DNA of 64,000 nt from a virus (Duplodnaviria > Caudoviricetes), in IMG/VR virus record IMGVR_UViG_3300042154_002208; one strand, written 5' to 3'. Position 1 is the stretch's first letter, and each line of letters opens with the position of its first letter. The position numbers and the translations under genes were made by a program. Shown here piece by piece: positions 58,243 to 64,000 of the stretch. The notes below the pieces were generated by a model. It searched no databases. It was not told the DNA's origin and worked only from the letters and a program-made list of their open reading frames with translations.

Positions 58243-58305
58243 CACAGTATTTGTGTTTTAACAGGCAATAAATAATAAACAATTTTAACATGGAGTGATT
58301 AAATT

Positions 58306-59097
58306 ATGACACAGAGAATTTTAGTAATGGGTTTACCAGGCTCAGGCAAGACATATCTTTCCCAGTATATTTTAGAATACCTGCAAAGAGAAAAGAAAAC
58401 AGTTTCTTGGCTCAATGCTGATGATGTTCGTAAAAAATACAATGATTGGGATTTCAGTAAAGAGGGTCGCATTCGTCAAAGTTTACGTATGCGAGAACTT
58501 GCTGATGGCATGACAACTGATTATGTTATTTGCGATTTTGTTGCACCTTTACCCGAGATGCGAAACAATTTCAAAGCAGACTGGACTGTATGGGTTGATA
58601 CAATTGAAAAAGGCCGCTTTGAAGATACCAACAAGGCATTTGTGCCGCCAGATGTATATGACTTTAGAATAACAGAACAAAATGCAGAGAAGTGGGCAGA
58701 GTTTATTGTGGCTCACATTTATGATAACAGACGCAGACCAACATTTGACTGGCAAAAAGAAAGCGCGTTGCTATTAGGCAGATATCAACCGTGGCACCCT
58801 GGGCATAGAGCATTGTTCGAAAGAGCAATTGCCAAGACAGGACAAGTTATTATACAAGTACGCGATTGTCAAGGTTGGAATGGTTCTAATCCTTTCGAAT
58901 TTAGGAAAGTTAAAGAATTTATTGAGAGAGATCTCGATACTTTATTTCAAGGGCAATATCAAATTATGTTAGTTCCTAACATAACCGAAATTGTTTATGG
59001 AAGAGATGTTGGCTACAGAATAACGCAGGAAACATTTTCTGACGAGATACATTCTATTTCTGCTACGAAAATTCGTAAAGAAATGGGATTGCAATAA
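58306..59097 (+). CDS. cysC: adenylylsulfate-kinase-like domain fused to a HIGH-type nucleotidyltransferase domain
   Basis: GLPGSGKT P-loop, LNADDVR, DFSKEGRIRQ, DFVAP (APS kinase pattern); C-terminal LGRYQPWHPGH...ISATKIR. Confidence 0.75.
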   Translation: MTQRILVMGLPGSGKTYLSQYILEYLQREKKTVSWLNADDVRKKYNDWDFSKEGRIRQSLRMRELADGMTTDYVICDFVAPLPEMRNNFKADWTVWVDTIEKGRFEDTNKAFVPPDVYDFRITEQNAEKWAEFIVAHIYDNRRRPTFDWQKESALLLGRYQPWHPGHRALFERAIAKTGQVIIQVRDCQGWNGSNPFEFRKVKEFIERDLDTLFQGQYQIMLVPNITEIVYGRDVGYRITQETFSDEIHSISATKIRKEMGLQ

Positions 59098-59116
59098 ATA
59101 TATTTAGGCAAAATTT

Positions 59117-59761
59117 ATGGATTCTTTTGTATATCAATGGACTAATTTAACATTAGGTAAAATTTATATAGGTTTCCATAAAGGAACAGAAGACGATGGA
59201 TATGTTTGTTCATCTTCTTCTGAAACCTTTTGGCGAGAATTTAAAGATCCTAACAATGTTTGGGAAAGAAAAATTATATCAAAAGGCACAATGAAGGAAT
59301 GTCAATTATTAGAATCTGCATTATTAGATTCAATTGATATTACATCCGACTCGGTGTATAATAATCGAAATTCATTAATGTTTAATTTTAATGAAGAGGT
59401 TCGCGCTAAATTAAGAGCTGCTGCCCTGGAAAGAGGAAAAGACCCTGAATATAGAAAAACACAATCGGAAAGAACAAAGGCAAATTGGGCTGCAAATCCT
59501 GAACGTAGGATTTTGCAAAGTCAAAAAGCAAAGCAACAAATAAGAACTGATATAACTAAAGAAAAAATAAAAATAGCAAGATCTAAACAAGTTATAACCC
59601 CTGAGTCAAGAAATAAAGCGGCCGCAACTATTAAAAACACCCCCAACGTAATGTGTCCGCATTGTAATAAAGTTGGAAGATATTTGGGCAGTATGAAAAA
59701 GAGACATTTTGAAAAATGTACATATAATAAAATAATGGAAAAATCCATTATAAATAACTAA
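59117..59761 (+). mobile_element. GIY-YIG (Seg-like) homing endonuclease
   Basis: FVYQWTNLTLGKIYIGFHKG...GY..SS and NUMOD-like basic repeats (TKEKIKIARSKQ); C-terminal CPHC. Confidence 0.8.
59749..59756 (+). promoter_or_regulatory. T4-type late promoter inside the 3' end of the GIY-YIG gene
   Basis: TATAAATA 25 nt upstream of ATG 59782. Confidence 0.7.
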
Positions 59762-59781
59762 CAGACGCAATTGGTACCAGA

Positions 59782-60222
59782 ATGGCAAAATCAAAATTAT
59801 CAGAATTAACCGCAGCAACACAAGTTAATAAACCCGATGCAATGTATCTGGTTCAAAGCGGTGTAAGCAAACAAGTCAACACATCTATTTTATTTGCCGG
59901 GATTACTGATCCCACAATAAAAGGTAATATTGTACTTGGCGGAACTCCTCAGGATATGACTTCTGCCAGCGTTGTTAACATAACCACTCCCATAACATAC
60001 TTGGGAGTGGGTTCTTCTCAAAGTACAATTTCTATTCCCAACGGTGCCAATGGTCAAGTTAAAGTATTGTTAACAACATCCACTGCCAATGGATCGTTTA
60101 TACTGAACACCAATGTGGCCAACAGTGCAAACATTATTTTTAGCAATGTGGGCGACAGTGCAACATTGTTGTATACCAATAACAAATGGTTTATGATAGG
60201 TGGAACTGCTCGGGTAGCATAA
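59782..60222 (+). CDS. structural protein paralogous to the N-terminal domain of ORF 17041
   Basis: KLSEL..A..VNK.D...LVQ...SK.V....LF..ITDPT..GNI..GG and IP.G..GQ.KV...GDSA.L.Y....W. Confidence 0.75.
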   Translation: MAKSKLSELTAATQVNKPDAMYLVQSGVSKQVNTSILFAGITDPTIKGNIVLGGTPQDMTSASVVNITTPITYLGVGSSQSTISIPNGANGQVKVLLTTSTANGSFILNTNVANSANIIFSNVGDSATLLYTNNKWFMIGGTARVA

Positions 60223-60223
60223 C

Positions 60224-61120
60224 ATGGCAAGATTTACTTTAAATAATGTTAGTTTTTCCGGAAGCATAAACACCGCTGAAGCACCAGTTGCGGCCGCAGG
60301 CGGAGGCGGGTTGTATACCTATACCAGTCCCATAACAATATCCTCTAATAGATCATTATCCGGACCAAATGATTCTACACCTACTACAGGACAATCTGCC
60401 GCAGAAATTTATGGGTATTTTAATTCATCGTCACAAACCGATGCGTATAATGCCATGGTTGCCGCCACATATATCAAAATACCTTCCGCGGCAGGCTACA
60501 TTTATTTTACAATTCCAGAAACAGGTACCTGGCGAATAAAAGCTCAAGGTGGATCTGGAGGATACACAAATAAAAGTTCAATGATGGGTGCTGCAGTACA
60601 GGGTGATTTTTCACTAACGTCTGGCGATGTGCTTTGGATAACTATAGGCGGAGCCGGTGCATATGGAAATGCAGGTAGTTCTGATCTGGCTGGCGGTGCA
60701 GGTGGAGGATTTAGCGTGGTTGCAAAATCATCTTCAGGAAGCTCGACATTCTCAGGTGGCGATATGACGGCATTGCTAGTTGCAGCCGGTGGTCTGGGTC
60801 AAACTGAAGGAAGGCACGGATCTTATGCTTCTGCCTCAAGCTCAGCTAATGGAACAGGCGGAACAGGATTCAATACCAATTGGAAAAATCAGAATATACC
60901 TGGCGGGGGATCTGGGTACGGCGGGCAGACAACATATGGTGGCTTTGGCGGTGGAACCGGTACGGATGATGGGTTTGGCGGTGCAGGATCGTACGATGAT
61001 TTATATGCTGGCGCGCCAAACTCATTTGTAAACGCATCTGCAGCTAATATAGTAAGAGAAAATACCGGCACATTGGTATCATCATGGAATCACGGTGCAG
61101 TGCGATTAACTAAACTATGA
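60224..61120 (+). CDS. glycine-rich adhesin-like protein (ALK/LTK-type glycine-rich domain)
   Basis: GTWRIKAQGGSGG...GAAVQGDFSL.SGD.L.I.IGGAG...GGGFSVV...LLVAAGG. Confidence 0.65.
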   Translation: MARFTLNNVSFSGSINTAEAPVAAAGGGGLYTYTSPITISSNRSLSGPNDSTPTTGQSAAEIYGYFNSSSQTDAYNAMVAATYIKIPSAAGYIYFTIPETGTWRIKAQGGSGGYTNKSSMMGAAVQGDFSLTSGDVLWITIGGAGAYGNAGSSDLAGGAGGGFSVVAKSSSGSSTFSGGDMTALLVAAGGLGQTEGRHGSYASASSSANGTGGTGFNTNWKNQNIPGGGSGYGGQTTYGGFGGGTGTDDGFGGAGSYDDLYAGAPNSFVNASAANIVRENTGTLVSSWNHGAVRLTKL

Positions 61121-61671
61121 TAAAAGTAATTGATAATTTTTTACCCAATGTTCTTTTTAGACGAGTTAAGGATACTTTAAATTCGTCTCAGTTCAAATGG
61201 AGCAGGTATGAAAATATTGTAGGCAATGCTGCAAAGGTCGATCCATATAAAACAGTTGATGGATTTTCATCTATAGTTGATATTAGAAATACAAAAGAAA
61301 CTGGAATTTTTATTCCGTTGTTAGATTATGTTGCAGAAGAATTAAATGTTAGTCCCCATGCTGTTATGAGAATGTATATCAATCTGACAACTCCTCAATA
61401 TGGGTGGAATGTTGGAGATATATCATATCCTCACATTGATGATAATGAACCGCATACTGTTGCACTATTTTATATAGATGATGCAGATGGCGATACATAC
61501 TTATTTGATAACTATGGGCCATCTATGAAACAAGAATTTAAGGTTAAGGAAATTATAAAACCTGAACCTAATAAATTATTATTATTTGACGGAATGCAAT
61601 TCCATGCAGGAAATCCGCCATTGACAAGCAAAAAAAGAATTGTTGTTAACATGAATTTTAGAAAACAATAA
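61117..61671 (+). CDS. 2OG-Fe(II) oxygenase
   Basis: VIDNFL, PHID, FYIDDADGDT, PNKLLLFDG..FHAG, RIVVNMNF (HxD...H...R). Confidence 0.85.
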   Translation: MIKVIDNFLPNVLFRRVKDTLNSSQFKWSRYENIVGNAAKVDPYKTVDGFSSIVDIRNTKETGIFIPLLDYVAEELNVSPHAVMRMYINLTTPQYGWNVGDISYPHIDDNEPHTVALFYIDDADGDTYLFDNYGPSMKQEFKVKEIIKPEPNKLLLFDGMQFHAGNPPLTSKKRIVVNMNFRKQ

Positions 61672-61681
61672 AGATAGAATA

Positions 61682-63109
61682 ATGTCGTTACAAATTACGT
61701 CATCGAATATAAGTATAACAGGTCGAACTCAGTTAATGGGCGATCCAAATGAGGTTGGTTTGCCTGGTATAACTGGTACTATTACTGCAAGTTCGCCCGA
61801 CGTATCCAATGCAGTTTTAAATTATAGTGTTACCAACACCGACGGATATACCGTATCTGAAGGGTTTGAAATAGCGGCAACATCCAATCTTGGGTCAAAT
61901 ATAAGTATTGTAACAACAACTGCAAGCGCAACAATTACTATGGAGAATTTATCTCCATCGGCAACTTATACCTTTACAGTTTATTCATATAATAAATTGG
62001 GTAGATCAAGAACAGGTGTTGTAAGTAATCAAATTTCAACATTAAATCCTGTTATACCTGCAGGCGCAATTATATTGTATAACGGAACTGATCCTAGCAA
62101 TGCATCTTGGCCCAGATATTCCGCAGCTGATAATTTATATCTGCAAGGCACAACGACACAGGGTGAAATAGCAACAAGTACTTCTCCGTCGACAAATGTA
62201 TCTTATACATATTCATTAGGTACTACTGGTGCGCATACATCAACATCCGGATACAGCTTTAATTCAAGTATAACCGCAGGATCGATCTCTGCTATACCGT
62301 TTAATCCTGCAGGAGATCATAGTCATGATTTAACGATTGCCCCCGCAACTGTTACCAATGCCAGACCACATACCGGCAATGTTACATTGTTAAGAGCATC
62401 CAGTAATCAAACAACATTCCCATCCAATACAATACATATTAATTCTTCAAATAAAAATGGTTGGACCCAGAAACTTGGAACAACATATAACCGATATGTT
62501 CGCGGAGTTTCTACAGGGGTGGCAGAGGTGGCCGCAGTTCCTGCGAGCGTATCCGGGACAACGTCAACAAACGGTCAACACGATCACGTACAGGGCGGAG
62601 TAAGAAGTTCTTCAAGCTCAGGCTCGGGAGTAGTTAACACCGCATCCGGCACGGGACAAAATCATGATCATAGTGTAACGGTAGAAGTTACCCCAGATTC
62701 AATAAAGGGCAAACTTTTTAAAATGTGGATTGCTGCATCTGCAGATTATGGATATGGAACTACTATGGTGATGTATGACGGCACACTGTCTGCATTGCCC
62801 TCATATTGGAAGGTATGCGACGGCACAAATGGCACTGTTGACATGCGAGGATACTTTTTAGGATATTCCACATCAGCTTCGGCGCATGCAGTTGAAACTG
62901 CAAATACATTAACAGTTTATTCAAGCGGTGCATATGGTGACTGGACACACCAACACGCCACTGCACAAACATCCGGCAATTCTTTTCGCGTGGATCAAAC
63001 AGGCCACCAAAGCCAAGGCTTCTCCCACACGCATACTGTTACCCCAGCCAGCGGTTCAGCAACGCACGATCCTGGAACATATCGGGTTGCATTTATTCAA
63101 TTATTATAA
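61682..63109 (+). CDS. tail-fibre/baseplate-type protein with FN3-like and tail-collar-like domains
   Basis: NLSPSATYTFTVYSYN (FN3); IPAGAIILYNG and LPSYWKVCDGTNGTVDMRGYF (collar-like); His-rich H.H repeats. Confidence 0.7.
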   Translation: MSLQITSSNISITGRTQLMGDPNEVGLPGITGTITASSPDVSNAVLNYSVTNTDGYTVSEGFEIAATSNLGSNISIVTTTASATITMENLSPSATYTFTVYSYNKLGRSRTGVVSNQISTLNPVIPAGAIILYNGTDPSNASWPRYSAADNLYLQGTTTQGEIATSTSPSTNVSYTYSLGTTGAHTSTSGYSFNSSITAGSISAIPFNPAGDHSHDLTIAPATVTNARPHTGNVTLLRASSNQTTFPSNTIHINSSNKNGWTQKLGTTYNRYVRGVSTGVAEVAAVPASVSGTTSTNGQHDHVQGGVRSSSSSGSGVVNTASGTGQNHDHSVTVEVTPDSIKGKLFKMWIAASADYGYGTTMVMYDGTLSALPSYWKVCDGTNGTVDMRGYFLGYSTSASAHAVETANTLTVYSSGAYGDWTHQHATAQTSGNSFRVDQTGHQSQGFSHTHTVTPASGSATHDPGTYRVAFIQLL

Positions 63110-63121
63110 CAAGGAAACATA

Positions 63122-63649
63122 ATGTTACATAACTATGTCTCAATAGATTTTTATAATGGAACAGTATCTTGTAGATTCAATGGTACGGGTTATTTATTTT
63201 CTGCCTCGTCTGTGTTTATAGAACACACAAATTTTCCATATACAGAAACTGTCCGTAGAGTTTCATACGAACCAGACAGAAACATTTATGTTGTTGAAGA
63301 ACTAAATGGTAAAATTTCTTCTGGACCAAGTTTGCCGGCAATTGTTTGGATCGCAGAACATTTGACAAATATCGAACAAGCAGCAATAGCAGACGTGGCA
63401 ATGAATACTGCAAGAGTTCCTGCATCTGCTCAACGAGAAATGTTGATATATAATACTGATTACATTTTACAAAGACATCAAGAAGAGACTTTGTTAAATA
63501 TTTCCCATAAACTAACAGATCAACAATTTGCAAATGTACTGTCATACAGACAAGCACTTAGAGATCTAGATGTGAATGGTTATGTTGAGGGCACTACTAA
63601 AATTAAAACAATAAGTGATGTTACTTGGCCGACAAATCCACTAGAATAA
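63122..63649 (+). CDS. tail fibre assembly chaperone-like protein
   Basis: C-terminal YRQALRDL...VTWPTNP. Confidence 0.7.
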   Translation: MLHNYVSIDFYNGTVSCRFNGTGYLFSASSVFIEHTNFPYTETVRRVSYEPDRNIYVVEELNGKISSGPSLPAIVWIAEHLTNIEQAAIADVAMNTARVPASAQREMLIYNTDYILQRHQEETLLNISHKLTDQQFANVLSYRQALRDLDVNGYVEGTTKIKTISDVTWPTNPLE

Positions 63650-63655
63650 CACAGA

Positions 63656-64000
63656 ATGGTTTTTGATTTGACTGAAGAAAATTTCGTAATGTATGCAATG
63701 AAACACTATGATAACCCACACTGTAAAGGTATGGCAGAATTCTTAGATGATATAAAACGATTTAAATATATTAAACGTCTATTGGGCAAGTATCATAGCG
63801 ATAAAGGCTTAAAAGAAAGATTGATAATTAATCATATCATTGTGTTAAACAATTTGTTTGGAGTTGAGGCGGCAACAAAGATGTTGTTCTTTAAGACAGA
63901 AGAAAGATTCTGGCCTCAGTTAAAAACATTTTTGGTATTTTTAAATTATATGCCGGAAAAGGTTGTTATATCAAGCAGTCAAATTATTTTGGATGCTGAC
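63656..64000 (+). CDS. conserved T4-like phage protein, truncated by the window end (absent from the ORF track)
   Basis: Manual translation MVFDLTEENFVMYAMKHYDNPHC...EFLDDIKRFKYIKRL...ERLIINHIIVLNNLFG. Confidence 0.8.
   Translation, partial: MVFDLTEENFVMYAMKHYDNPHCKGMAEFLDDIKRFKYIKRLLGKYHSDKGLKERLIINHIIVLNNLFGVEAATKMLFFKTEERFWPQLKTFLVFLNYMPEKVVISSSQIILDAD

Overview
A 64-kb, almost entirely plus-strand segment of a large T4-like myophage genome. Evidence: TATAAATA late promoters, consensus sigma70 early promoters, a tRNA array, HNH and GIY-YIG endonucleases and T4-type head-protein signals. The host is probably a proteobacterium (inferred from RpoZ and rubrerythrin). Layout: (1) 1-8.5 kb: 10 complete tRNAs, one partial tRNA and one orphan tRNA half, interspersed with GroES, a J-domain protein, MazG, rubrerythrin/rubredoxin, an ADP-heptose biosynthesis cluster, RNAP omega and an HNH gene that overlaps a replacement tRNA-Leu. 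(2) 8.6-17 kb: late genes whose products start with T4 capsid-targeting-like peptides (nuclease-like, ligase-like and HIGH nucleotidyltransferase) plus Dps. (3) 17-41 kb: very long repeat-rich fibre proteins, one with two cupredoxin inserts. (4) 31.5-58.2 kb: twelve paralogous 7-bladed RCC1/BLIP-II propeller genes (nine in tandem); eleven have a shared N-terminal beta peptide and a Pro-rich linker. They surround a modification cluster (2OG-Fe(II) oxygenases, methyltransferase, glycosyltransferases, two sulfotransferases), and the array is followed by an APS-kinase/nucleotidyltransferase fusion. The best candidate for an undescribed system is a modular, shufflable adhesin array plus a phage-encoded hydroxylation/glycosylation/sulfation pathway. 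All family assignments come from motif recognition by eye; no searches were run.
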